Shown: positions 20,787-30,076 of the stretch, piece by piece
How the letters are laid out: each line of letters opens with the position of its first letter
Position numbering within the stretch: the first letter of the stretch is position 1
DNA from: an uncultured delta proteobacterium
Lineage (GTDB): Bacteria; Desulfobacterota; RBG-13-43-22
DNA length: 64,000 nt
Reading direction: 5' to 3'
NCBI GenBank assembly: GCA_963843145.1
Contig: CAWJJC010000025.1
Span: forward strand, 42,299 to 106,298
Translations under genes and position numbers: made by a program
Notes under the pieces: model-generated
Told to the model about the DNA's origin: nothing
What the model saw: only the letters and a program-made list of their open reading frames with translations
The model's database searches: none

Positions 20787-21071
20787 ATGAAAAAAGTAGC
20801 CTTTCTGGTGCGAACCAAGGATGAGCTGTGGGAAGGGATGCGCTCCAGTCTGGGTCTGGTCATTGAAAATAATTTCGTCACCATGGTGGTCCTGGATCAC
20901 GAAGTGGAGATGACCGAGGCCTACCAGGAAAACCTGGACTGGTTTATTGACATGGAAGGAGAATATTATTCCAATGTCCCGGTCAATGTGGAAAAATTTG
21001 GTTTTAAGCCCATCACCATCGGGGAACTGGGGGAGAAACTAAAAGAGATGGACTTTATTGTTCCCTTCTAA
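20787..21071 (+). CDS. Conserved small protein, DsrF-like
   Basis: EGMRSSLGL, terminal DFIVPF; AAGGAG RBS. Confidence 0.7.
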   Translation: MKKVAFLVRTKDELWEGMRSSLGLVIENNFVTMVVLDHEVEMTEAYQENLDWFIDMEGEYYSNVPVNVEKFGFKPITIGELGEKLKEMDFIVPF

Positions 21072-21085
21072 CGAAAAGGATTCTT

Positions 21086-21259
21086 ATGAAAATATTACAC
21101 ATTTTCCGGTCCGAACCCACACCGGATGTGGAAAAATTAGCCACCATCCTCTCGGAAGGGCAGGAGGCCGTTCGATTTCCCCTCTACCAAAGCCCGGTGG
21201 ATTACGACCGGCTGATTGAAATGATTTTTTCCAATGATAAAGTTATTAGCTGGTGGTAA
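21086..21259 (+). CDS. 57-aa conserved small protein, DsrH-like (not in ORF track)
   Basis: MKILHIFRSEP...VDYDRLIEMIFSNDKVISWW*; AAGGA RBS. Confidence 0.8.
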   Translation: MKILHIFRSEPTPDVEKLATILSEGQEAVRFPLYQSPVDYDRLIEMIFSNDKVISWW

Positions 21260-21371
21260 TGCCGGGAAAAATTCGTTACTGGATCCTGACTTCGGTTCGA
21301 AATTCGGATATCGGATTAAGTGCTCCAGGCATCATTCATTAGAAACGAATTTTTAAAGGGAGGTACGTTTT

Positions 21372-21983
21372 ATGGCTGGAAAGAAATTATTCGTACTGGG
21401 GTTGGCGATCATGCTGCTCATGGGGTGGGGCCTGGAATGGGCTTATGCCCAGACTTCCGGATCCGGCCAAACGCTTCAGGTGGATCCGGAACGTTGCGCT
21501 TTGATGCTGCGCAAAGGGCAGGAATCCTTCAGCCGGTCCAAATATAATGAGGCCAAGGATTTTTTTCGGAAAGCCGTGCAGGCCGATCCTACTTCCCAGA
21601 AAGCCTGGTCATACTATGACTTGAGCCTTTTTTACACGGTAGGGGAGCAGTACAAGAATCACGGGAAAATTGTCCTCTCCAGCGCCCCCCCAGCGGAAGC
21701 GACCCAAGAGCTGACCCCCCCGGCCGTCGACGAGTTGACCCTGACCGGGAAAATGCTCAAAGGGAAAACCGGTTCCCCCGCTAGGAAGGGAAAGCCCTAT
21801 CCGGCCCCGGAGGTAAAAAAACCGGGCGCCAAAGAAAAGCCTTACCCGGCCCCCGGAATCAAAAAACCGGTGGAGCCTAAAAAACCGGCGGTAACCGCCC
21901 CGTCGGCGCCGGCGGCACCGGTGACCCCAGCCCCCACCCCGGCCCCGGGCGGGATGAAGATTTTAAAGGATGAGGGTTGTTGA
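21372..21983 (+). CDS. Secreted TPR-like protein with Pro/Lys-rich linker and C-terminal Gly-Cys
   Basis: Signal peptide; KYNEAKDFFRKAVQADP TPR-like pair; KPYPAP x2; ends KDEGC. Confidence 0.8.
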   Translation: MAGKKLFVLGLAIMLLMGWGLEWAYAQTSGSGQTLQVDPERCALMLRKGQESFSRSKYNEAKDFFRKAVQADPTSQKAWSYYDLSLFYTVGEQYKNHGKIVLSSAPPAEATQELTPPAVDELTLTGKMLKGKTGSPARKGKPYPAPEVKKPGAKEKPYPAPGIKKPVEPKKPAVTAPSAPAAPVTPAPTPAPGGMKILKDEGC

Positions 21984-22117
21984 TCGTTTAAAAATTGAAT
22001 AGAAACGGAGGTGAGGACCCCGGTCAGAGAAGCAGACGAGCAAACGGTACTTCAGAATACCAGGATTGTATTCCCCGTTTTTTAAACCACCGCTACAAAA
22101 CCCAAAGGAGGATATGG

Positions 22118-22660
22118 ATGAAAAAAATTATTACTTTGCTGTTGGTTGGTCTATTTGTAATCGGTATTTCCGGAATGGCTATCGCTCAGGATTTGGCCGC
22201 CGGTGAGAAAAAAGTCCATGACGAATTTGAAAAAACGGTTGCCAAGGACCGGATTTTGAATGTCGATCAATTTAAAAAGGTCTGGGAAGAGGTGCTGGCC
22301 GGGACGAAAAAGGCCTATCTGATAGATGTCCGAACCCACCCTGAATTCTACGCTTTTCACATCGAGGGCACGGATCATATCCATTCCGGCCATGTGTATA
22401 CCATCGTCAAAAAGATACCCGACCCCAACGCCGAAATTTACGTCTTTTGCCGCACCAACCATCGGGCCTTTTATGTGGCCGGTTTTCTCAACAAGTACGG
22501 CTATAAGAACGTCCACGTGTTTGACGGCGGCGTCGTGGGCTGGGCCAAGGCGGGACTGCCCTTTGTGAACCAGTTTACCGGTCGTTTCAAGATTACCGAG
22601 TACTCTCAGGATTTCAGGGAAGACGGAAAATACCGCGTTCGCGAATTCCATCCTTATTGA
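22118..22660 (+). CDS. Periplasmic rhodanese-like sulfurtransferase
   Basis: Signal peptide; LIDVRT..EF..HIEG, FCRTNHRA, DGGVVGW. Confidence 0.9.
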   Translation: MKKIITLLLVGLFVIGISGMAIAQDLAAGEKKVHDEFEKTVAKDRILNVDQFKKVWEEVLAGTKKAYLIDVRTHPEFYAFHIEGTDHIHSGHVYTIVKKIPDPNAEIYVFCRTNHRAFYVAGFLNKYGYKNVHVFDGGVVGWAKAGLPFVNQFTGRFKITEYSQDFREDGKYRVREFHPY

Positions 22661-22678
22661 TAAATTGTCGCCTTCAAT

Positions 22679-22710
22679 AAAAAGGCCGCCTGGGGGCGGC
22701 CTTTTTGTTT
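22679..22710 (+). terminator. Rho-independent terminator
   Basis: AAAAGGCCGCC-TGG-GGGCGGCCTTTTTGTTT. Confidence 0.8.
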
Positions 22711-22767
22711 GGCAACTGCTTAGAAAAAGACTAGATGCGGTGAATTCAAACAGCATTCATTTTTCAA

Positions 22768-22811
22768 TTGACTTCCGCTTTCTGGGGGAATATATATAAC
22801 CATATGGTTAT
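22768..22811 (+). promoter_or_regulatory. arsR promoter with perfect 16-bp palindromic operator
   Basis: TTGACT-17 nt-TATATA; ATAACCATATGGTTAT at 22796-22811 overlapping the start codon. Confidence 0.7.
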
Positions 22812-23136
22812 GATTAAAGGGAAACAGCGTTTGTTCGAGAATCAGGCCCAGATCCTCAAGGCCTTGGGTCAACCTACCCGTTTGCAGATACTGGATCTGC
22901 TTAAAGAAGGGGAACGATGTGTCTGTGAAATCTTCCCGGCCATCGAACAGGAACAGGCGAATGTCTCCAAACACCTGACCATCCTCAAGCAAGCCGGGAT
23001 CCTGGACTCCAGGAAAGAAGGCCTGCGGGTTATCTACTGGATCAAGAATAATGAAATCCTGGGTCTGATCCAAGGAGTTTCCCTGATGTTGAAGAACCAA
23101 GCCCAGGAACAGCGAGAAATTCTTTCCCACCTATAA
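22804..23136 (+). CDS. arsR: ArsR/SmtB family metalloregulator
   Basis: LKALGQPTRLQIL, ERCVCEI, VSKHL..LKQAG. Confidence 0.9.
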   Translation: MVMIKGKQRLFENQAQILKALGQPTRLQILDLLKEGERCVCEIFPAIEQEQANVSKHLTILKQAGILDSRKEGLRVIYWIKNNEILGLIQGVSLMLKNQAQEQREILSHL

Positions 23137-23275
23137 TTTTTTTTGTTGCTTCTATAACTTATTAGACATATGGTTATTATTGAAATTAGGTCTTGAGAGG
23201 AAAGTTAATGAAGAAAGGACGAGTCATCGCCTGGGGGGAAAAATTATTTGGTCAAAATTTTTTGGAGGTCTGATA

Positions 23276-23509
23276 ATGGAGATAAAAATACTGGGACCCG
23301 GTTGTCCTAAATGCCAGCAAACCGAAAAGGTAGTCAAGGAAGCGGTTGCCGTGAGCGGGGTAAACGCTCAGATTGAAAAAGTCACCAACATGTTGGACAT
23401 CGCCCGCTACGGCGTCTTAGGGACGCCGGCCGTGGTGGTCGACGGTCAAGTTAAATCCGTGGGAAAAATCCCGAAAAAAGAAGACGTTTTGAGCTGGATT
23501 AAACCATAA
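23276..23509 (+). CDS. Small redox-active disulfide protein 2 (thioredoxin_3 family)
   Basis: MEIKILGPGCPKC, YGVLGTPAVVVDG; GGAGG RBS. Confidence 0.92.
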   Translation: MEIKILGPGCPKCQQTEKVVKEAVAVSGVNAQIEKVTNMLDIARYGVLGTPAVVVDGQVKSVGKIPKKEDVLSWIKP

Positions 23510-23528
23510 ATTTGGAAGGAGAGACGTT

Positions 23529-23915
23529 ATGGCTGAAGACTGTTGCACCCCTTCCGGATACATCATGATCCTGGCCTGTTCCGGAGGCTCGAATGTGGGC
23601 CAGTTGTCCAATCAGGCCGCGGTGGAATTGACTCAAGAGGGTTTTGGAAAAATGTTTTGCCTGGCCGGTATCGGAGCGCAGCTTTCGGGGTTTGTCCAGT
23701 CCGCCAAAGATGTACCGGATATGGTCGTGCTGGACGGCTGTTCGGTCGGCTGCGCCAAGGGAATCCTGGAACAGGCCGACATCCCACCCAAAAATTACCT
23801 GGTCTTAACCGAGCTGGGAATTGAAAAAAATAAGGACTTCACCCTAAGCCGGGAAGCGGTCGACCGGGTCAAGCAGGCCGCCAAGGCGACCTGCGTCCGC
23901 GTCGCCCCGGCCTGA
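23529..23915 (+). CDS. DGC-domain putative zinc-binding protein
   Basis: ACSGGSNVGQ, MFCLAGIG, LDGCSVGCA. Confidence 0.9.
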   Translation: MAEDCCTPSGYIMILACSGGSNVGQLSNQAAVELTQEGFGKMFCLAGIGAQLSGFVQSAKDVPDMVVLDGCSVGCAKGILEQADIPPKNYLVLTELGIEKNKDFTLSREAVDRVKQAAKATCVRVAPA

Positions 23916-24065
23916 CGGTGGCCCCGGTCTCAGGTCCAAGAGATCATCTTTCCCCTGGCCGAAGCTGCCCATACGTCTTGCTCTGGGTAGGACGCTGCCG
24001 AACAACGGAAACGGACCAGGCCACTCTGGATAGAATAACTCCTTTTCAGGAGGCAAAAAAACCCA

Positions 24066-24443
24066 ATGCCCCATCTTAAAAAAATAATTATTGGTCTGAC
24101 CCTGGCCGTTATAGGCGCCGGGCTTATCTCCGCGGCCTGGGCCGGTCCCCCCGAAGTGCCGGTCAAAGGAATGGTAACCCTGGTGGACCTGGGAGCCGGC
24201 ACCTGTATTCCCTGTAAGATGATGGCGCCCATATTGGAAAAATTGGAAAAAGTCTATCGAGGGAAAGCAGCGGTCGTTTTCATCGATGTCTGGAAAACCC
24301 CGGATGAGGCCAAACGATTCAACCTCCAGGTAATCCCTACCCAGATTTTTTATGACCAAAAAGGGAAAGAGGTCTACCGCCATATGGGCTTTATGGCAGA
24401 AAAAGATATTGTGTCCGTCCTGAACAAATTAGGAGTTGACTAA
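24066..24443 (+). CDS. Periplasmic thioredoxin
   Basis: Signal peptide; CIPCKMM; IPTQIFYD. Confidence 0.9.
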   Translation: MPHLKKIIIGLTLAVIGAGLISAAWAGPPEVPVKGMVTLVDLGAGTCIPCKMMAPILEKLEKVYRGKAAVVFIDVWKTPDEAKRFNLQVIPTQIFYDQKGKEVYRHMGFMAEKDIVSVLNKLGVD

Positions 24444-24464
24444 GGCAGGATATCCAGTCCAGGC

Positions 24465-25172
24465 ATGACGGAACAAATTTTCCTGACCATCAACGAATGG
24501 CTGGTCGGAGGAACGGTCATCGCCGCCCTGGGTTCTTTTCTCTGGGGTATGGTCAGCGTTCTCTTCAGCCCCTGCCATCTGGCCTCCATCCCTTTGATTG
24601 TGGCCTATGTGGGAGGGCAGGAGCGCATCCTCCCGCCCCGTCAGGCCGGCCTATATTCTCTGACTTTCACCAGCGGGCTTTTCATTACCATTGCCCTGAT
24701 CGGAGTCATCTCCGCACTGCTCGGCCGGATGCTGGGCGATATCGGCAACTATTGGCAGATCCTGGTGGGAGTGATCCTGATCTGGGTGGCCCTGGGCATG
24801 CTGGGGGTGGAAAAGTTTTCCATGTCCGGCAGCCTGTTATACCGACTTAAGTTGAAAGGTCTCTTCGGGGCCCTGATCCTGGGATTGGCCTACGGGGTGC
24901 TTTCCGGTTCTTGCACCTTTGGTTTTATCGCCCCGATATTGGCCATTATCTCCGTGCAGAAGGAAGTGTCCTTCGGCCTGCTGCTGATCCTGCTGTTCGC
25001 CGTCGGCCATTGCCTGCCCATCGTCATTGCCGGGAGTTCCACCGCCGCCGTCCGCAAAGTGGTTGAAAACCGGTCCTGGCAGACCGGCAGCCAATGGTTC
25101 CGCCGCCTGGCCGGGGTCCTTATCGGAATGCTGGGAATTTATTTTATCATTAACCCCTTCTTTTTTTCTTAA
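24465..25172 (+). CDS. CcdA/DsbD-like disulfide transporter
   Basis: FSPCHLASIP, GSCTFGF, 6 TM segments. Confidence 0.9.
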   Translation: MTEQIFLTINEWLVGGTVIAALGSFLWGMVSVLFSPCHLASIPLIVAYVGGQERILPPRQAGLYSLTFTSGLFITIALIGVISALLGRMLGDIGNYWQILVGVILIWVALGMLGVEKFSMSGSLLYRLKLKGLFGALILGLAYGVLSGSCTFGFIAPILAIISVQKEVSFGLLLILLFAVGHCLPIVIAGSSTAAVRKVVENRSWQTGSQWFRRLAGVLIGMLGIYFIINPFFFS

Positions 25173-25266
25173 TGGAAGGCTATGCCCCCATGGATCTTTT
25201 GTGCAGCTTATGCGGTCGTGAGTCCCCGTTACTACTCCAAAAACAGCCATTGGAAAAGGAAAAGAA

Positions 25267-26428
25267 ATGAATGAAAATCGCCTTATTTTAATTCTGGGTC
25301 TGGCCGGTTTTGTGGTCATGGCCGACAACTGGGTGGTGTCCCCTATCCTCCCGGCTATTGCCAAGTCCTTACAGGTTTCTCCGGTTCGGGCCGGACTGTT
25401 GATCAGCGCCTATATGATCCCTTTCGGCCTCTTCCAGTTGGTCTTTGGTCCACTGGCCGACCGCTATGGGAAAACGACCGGTGATCATCTTCTCCATGAT
25501 CTTCTTCACCATCGGTACGGCCTTATGCGGGCTGGGCCTCGGCCTTTTTGACCTGGCCCTGTATCGGGCCATCACCGGCGTCTTCGCGGCCTCGGTCATG
25601 CCCATCTCGCTGGCCTTGATCGGCGATGTGATTCCGATGGAGCGGCGTCAGCAGGCCATCGGCACCTTTATGGGGATCGCCTTTTTAGGGCAAGGATTGA
25701 GCATGGCGGTGGGGGGCTCCATTGCCTATTTCGTCAGTTGGCGGGGGGTCTTTTTCACTTATGCCGCCCTTTCCGTTATTTCCACCTTGCTGTTGATCCT
25801 CGTCGGTGGTAAAGCCCACTCCAAGAAAAACCCGGAAAGCCGGTTTTTCAAGCCCTATATTGACTTGCTGCGTAATGTGCGGAGCCTTTGGGTTTATATC
25901 GTCGTTCTCCTGGAAGGTATCCTGATCATCGGCTCTTTTTCCTACCTGGGGGCCTATACCGAATACCTCTTCAGCTATAATTATTTTGTTATCGGCTTGA
26001 TCTTGACCGCCTTCGGGGCCGGGGCGGTGATTACCGGTCGCTTGGTGGGAAAAATCGCGCAACGAATCGGCCGGCTGAATACGTTGAGCCTTGGTCTGGC
26101 CTTGGCCGTAATCGCTGACGGCCTGCTCTTCTCGGTCACCACCCAACCTTGCGATATTGATCATCGCGAGTTGCCTTTTTGGGTATCGGATTCATGCTGG
26201 CCCATTCCAGCCTGCTGACTATCGCCACCGAATTCGCCCAAGATGGCGAGGGGAACGGCCATGTCCTTGGTAGCCTTCGGCTTTATGGGCGGCGGGGGTG
26301 TCGGCACGGCCATCGGAGGAAAGATAATCTCCTCCTCGGGGTATACCACCTTTTATGGTTGGTATGGACTTTTCCTGCTGCTTTTAGTAGGGCTGGCCAG
26401 AGGAGTGGTTCGAGAGGCCAAGAAATAA
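25267..26428 (+). pseudogene. MFS transporter, frameshifted (at least 3 shifts; may be sequencing errors)
   Basis: GPLADRYGK motif; frame changes near 25470, 26140-26180 and 26240 join ORFs 25267, 25445, 26179 and 26243. Confidence 0.75.
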
Positions 26429-26459
26429 AGATCCTTCTCTTCCCTCACTCGGAGAAGCT

Positions 26460-26771
26460 ATGAAAAGAGCGAAAAAAATTAATCTAATTGTGCCGATAGA
26501 AGAGAAGCCGGACGCTTGGTCGTCCCGATGAACGGGTTCCCGAGGGGAAAGACAGGCCACCGATCTTATCTGTTATTGTTTTGGTTATACCAGGCGGGAT
26601 ATCGAACAAGATTTCATTAAAAATGGCCGTTCCCTGCTTCTGGAAAAGATCTCCGCCGAAAAGAAAGCCGGTGGGTGTGACTGTGCCGCAAAAAACCCGA
26701 AAGGTCGCTGATGTCTGGCTGACGTCCGCCGGGTAGTGGACGAAGTCAACCGACCCAATACCCCTGTCTAA
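26460..26771 (+). CDS. BFD-like (2Fe-2S)/metallochaperone selenoprotein (not in ORF track)
   Basis: ICYCFGYT...GCDCAAKNPKGR-TGA(26709)-CLADV; SECIS-like hairpin 26723-26742; second in-frame TGA at 26529; GGAG RBS before ATG 26460. Confidence 0.75.
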
Positions 26772-26803
26772 GATAGCCAAGGCTTAGAAAAGGGACATCT
26801 TGT

Positions 26804-27154
26804 ATGAAGGCCTTATATATTTCCGGAAGCCCCAGAAAAAACAGCAACACCGATTACCTGCTGAAAGAAGTTCTATCCGTGACCGGAGGAGAATTCCTCA
26901 AAATCGCCGACTATCACCTGGAGCCGTGCCGCTCCTGTTGGACCTGTCTAAAATCAGGGAAATGCGCCATTGATGATGATATGACTCATTTGCTCAACCC
27001 CCGGGTGCTGGCCGCTGAAATCGTCGTTTTAGGCACTCCGGTCTATTTCAATACGGGAGAAATAGCGGATGGCCCTGAGGCCATAGAATCGGCTAGGAAG
27101 TTGGGCGACCGATTAATCGAACTCGGAGCGCTCCTTGGCCTTAAAAGCAGGTAG
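26804..27154 (+). pseudogene. Iron-sulfur flavoprotein/flavodoxin family, internally deleted
   Basis: ISGSPRKNSNT, PCRSCWTC...C, GTPVYF then jumps directly to a C-terminal helix (116 aa only). Confidence 0.7.
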
Positions 27155-27194
27155 CCGCCCCTCTTCGGCCCATAGGAATGCGGGTCTTGGAGAT

Positions 27195-27263
27195 CAGATC
27201 CTGGAATTTCCCGACGAGGCGACTGAAAAGGATATCCGCCAGGCCTAGCGCCGGCTGGCCATG
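27195..27263 (+). pseudogene. DnaJ-domain remnant
   Basis: QILEFPDEATEKDIRQA*RRLAM, TAG at the conserved Tyr; matches the 27733 J-domain. Confidence 0.6.
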
Positions 27264-27413
27264 ATGAAAATTATGGGCCTGATGGGCGGCACCACGGACG
27301 CATGCAAAGGCAGAGAAGATCATGTCCGGTAACCTGACCAGTAGACTCGCCGGGGAGGCGCAAACCCTTCCTGGCGGACCGGGTCGATAAAGAGACCATT
27401 AAGGAGGCGGAAT

Positions 27414-27725
27414 ATGGCGCAGTTTGAAGTGATCGGATGAGTCACCTGAGGAGAATCCGAACCGCCGGCAGTTAGTTGGCGCATGTTAACGTTTCCAGAT
27501 GATACGCAAATCCGGGTTACCGGTTTGGTTGAGATACTGGCCGACCTTTACGCTGAAGGTCGACAGGCGAATGAGGAGACCGCCGAAGAGATCCTCGATC
27601 GATTGGAAGCCAGGAAGAACTATATCCCTTCGTCGGACCGTGTCCGTAGAGAGTATGTTTATGTCCTGCTGAAGGAGTACCGCAACTACATTAAGGATCG
27701 AGCCGAAAACAGCCCGAGACGGTGA
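27414..27725 (+). CDS. Putative double-selenocysteine (UxxU) small protein, 103 aa
   Basis: TAAGGAGG RBS; MAQFEVIG-U-VT-U-GESEPPAVSWR continuing in frame into ORF 27483; TGA at 27438 and 27447; hairpin 27463-27481. Confidence 0.75.
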
Positions 27726-27732
27726 AACCGAA

Positions 27733-28039
27733 GTGGATCGACCATCCCCCTATCACATCCTCAAAATCCCCGTTACCGCTACTGAACAGGAAATCCGCCA
27801 GGCCTATCGTCAAATGGCCATGAAATTTCATCCGGACCGCAATCCGGGTGAACCTGAAATGGAGGAACAGTTCAAGAAAGTTCAAAGAGCCTATGAAACG
27901 CTTTTGGACGGAATCCGGAACCCTGGAAATTGCCCGGTATGGCGTTTTTGGAACGCCTGCTGTGATCTTAGATGATCAGGTCAAATTCGTAGGCAAAATC
28001 CCTGGAAAGGAAAAGATTGGGACCTGGTCCCAGAAATGA
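27733..28039 (+). pseudogene. DnaJ J-domain joined to a thioredoxin_3 C-terminal fragment
   Basis: AYRQMAMKFHPDRN...AYETL, then in another frame EIARYGVFGTPAVILDDQVKFVGKIP. Confidence 0.65.
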
Positions 28040-28060
28040 ACGGACGGGAGAAACAGGGTC

Positions 28061-29068
28061 ATGAGACAAAACCAAGAAAAACAAAGAGCAGACCTTCCGG
28101 AGTCCACCGGCGGGGAGTTCACATCCCCTCACCAGCATGATCACTCGGGAAATGCGCATACCTTGGACAAGGGAGAGACGACCGGACCTCGGCTCCTCAT
28201 AACCCTTGCCATCAACCTGTTGATCCCTGCGGCCCAGGTCGTAGGCGGGGTCTATGCCCACAGCATGGCCCTGATCTCAGACGCTGTCCATAATTTCAGC
28301 GACTTTACCGCCATATTGATCGCCTATTTCGCCTTTCGCATCGGGAAAAAAGGCGCCTCACCACAAAACACCTTCGGATACAAACGGGCCGAAATCCTTG
28401 GGGCGGCAATCAACGTCGCCCTTCTTGTGGCCGCGGCGGTCTTTATCTCGTACGAGGCCTTTGAGCGATTCAGGCACCCTCAACCTGTAATCGGTCAAAT
28501 AGTGATTTACCTGGCGGCCGTGGGCATCCTGGGAAACGGTCTTTCAGCCTGGCTGCTCCATCGAGATTCGAAACACAGTCTCAACATGCGGGGGGCCTTT
28601 CTCCACATGGTGGGGGACATGCTGACTTCCGTTCTCGTGCTGATCAACGGCCTCATTCTGATTTTCAGGCCCTGGTACTGGCTGGACCCATTGCTGTCAT
28701 TTCTCATTGTGATCTTTATCCTGAAAAACTGCTGGTCCATTCTGAGGGATGCTACCGGCATCCTGATGAACGCCACCCCGAGAAACCTCGATCTTGAAGA
28801 GATCAAGAAGGCGTTGCAGACTATTCCGGGCGTATGCGGCGTCCATTACCTGCACGCCTGGAACGTGAGTTCCTCCAGCATCGCCTTTTCCTGCCACGTA
28901 GAGGTGACGGATCAGCTTGTAAGCAAAACCGAACCGCTTGCTGAAAAGATTCGCCATGCGCTCTTCCATCATTTCGGGATCGATCACCCCATCCTGCAGT
29001 TCGAAACAGCCCAGTGCGGCAACGGCAGCCTGCTCTGCGAGCTGTCCTGTGGGAATCAAAAGGGCTAA
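28061..29068 (+). CDS. Cation diffusion facilitator (CzcD-like)
   Basis: His-rich N-terminus, SMALISDAVHNFSD, TFGYKRAE, GAFLHMVGD. Confidence 0.93.
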   Translation: MRQNQEKQRADLPESTGGEFTSPHQHDHSGNAHTLDKGETTGPRLLITLAINLLIPAAQVVGGVYAHSMALISDAVHNFSDFTAILIAYFAFRIGKKGASPQNTFGYKRAEILGAAINVALLVAAAVFISYEAFERFRHPQPVIGQIVIYLAAVGILGNGLSAWLLHRDSKHSLNMRGAFLHMVGDMLTSVLVLINGLILIFRPWYWLDPLLSFLIVIFILKNCWSILRDATGILMNATPRNLDLEEIKKALQTIPGVCGVHYLHAWNVSSSSIAFSCHVEVTDQLVSKTEPLAEKIRHALFHHFGIDHPILQFETAQCGNGSLLCELSCGNQKG

Positions 29069-29086
29069 GTAGGAGACGAGAGTTGT

Positions 29087-30076
29087 ATGTTGCGGCAAAT
29101 GCAGAAGATTTCAAAGGGTATCGAATCGAATCTGATTGTGCTCATCCTCCTTTCCATCGTCGCTGGTGTCGTCTTTGGCTGGAGGTTCCCCGATCAGGCC
29201 CATGGGCTGAAAAGCTACTCAAGGGCCGCGCTCTTTATCATGCTCTACCCGATGATGATCGGCCTGCGCATCGAGGAGGTGGGCAAAGCCGCCGCCAACC
29301 TGAAATTGATCAGCCTTTCCATGCTTTTCAATTTTCTTTTCTCGCCGCTTTTGGCGGCAGGGCTGGCTTATGTTTTTCTTCACAACCGTCCGGATTTCGC
29401 CGTCGGTCTGATCCTGACCGGCACAGTGCCCTGCGCGGGCATGGTCGCAGGGTGGACGGGCTACGCCAGGGGCAACGTGGCGCTGGCCATGGTGGTTGTA
29501 GCGCTCAGCCTGCTGGTCAGCATCGTTATGATCCCCATCTGGATGCCCATCCTAGCCGGCGTCTATGTCCGATTGGATGCCTGGGCCATGTTCAAGGACA
29601 TCCTGATTACCGTGGTCGTTCCGCTCATTCTGGGGGATCTCACCCGACGCCTGATCATCCGATGGAAAAGCCCGGAGACATTCCGGCAGATCAAACCGAT
29701 CCTTCCGGGCGTATCCATGCTGGGCATGTACATCATCGTCTTTATCTCCATGGCGCTGGAGGCCGAAAACGTGATCAAGCACCCGGAGTATTTCCTGATC
29801 GTGCTGATCCCGCTGGCCTTCTTGTATGCGATCATGTTCAGCGGTTCGGTACTGTTCTCCATACTGGCGAAGTTTTCCTATGAAAACATGATTGCCTTCT
29901 CTTACGGCGTGGCGGGCAAAAACATCGCCATCGCCCTGGCGCTCGCGACTATCTTTTTCAGCCCGATGACGGTGCTGGTGTTGGCCATCAAGCCGGTCAT
30001 CCAGATCACTTTCATGGTGGCCTTTCTGCATCTATCTTCCCGGCTGGAGCAGAAATTTTTTACTCGGCAAAGTTAG
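29087..30076 (+). CDS. Acr3-like / bile acid:Na+ symporter family transporter
   Basis: MLYPMM, TVPCAGMV..WT..ARGN, 10 TM segments. Confidence 0.85.
   Translation: MLRQMQKISKGIESNLIVLILLSIVAGVVFGWRFPDQAHGLKSYSRAALFIMLYPMMIGLRIEEVGKAAANLKLISLSMLFNFLFSPLLAAGLAYVFLHNRPDFAVGLILTGTVPCAGMVAGWTGYARGNVALAMVVVALSLLVSIVMIPIWMPILAGVYVRLDAWAMFKDILITVVVPLILGDLTRRLIIRWKSPETFRQIKPILPGVSMLGMYIIVFISMALEAENVIKHPEYFLIVLIPLAFLYAIMFSGSVLFSILAKFSYENMIAFSYGVAGKNIAIALALATIFFSPMTVLVLAIKPVIQITFMVAFLHLSSRLEQKFFTRQS

Noticed and set aside
21981-21997. Sec read-through giving GC-U-SFKN
   Set aside because: Only a weak downstream hairpin; a C-terminal Cys is the simpler reading. Kept only as a side note.
26484-26780. Minus-strand 98-aa ORF in the track
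   Set aside because: Shadow of the plus-strand selenoprotein gene; no motifs.
27246-27248. In-frame TAG as pyrrolysine
   Set aside because: It falls at a conserved Tyr in a short DnaJ relic with no start codon; a simple nonsense mutation is more likely.
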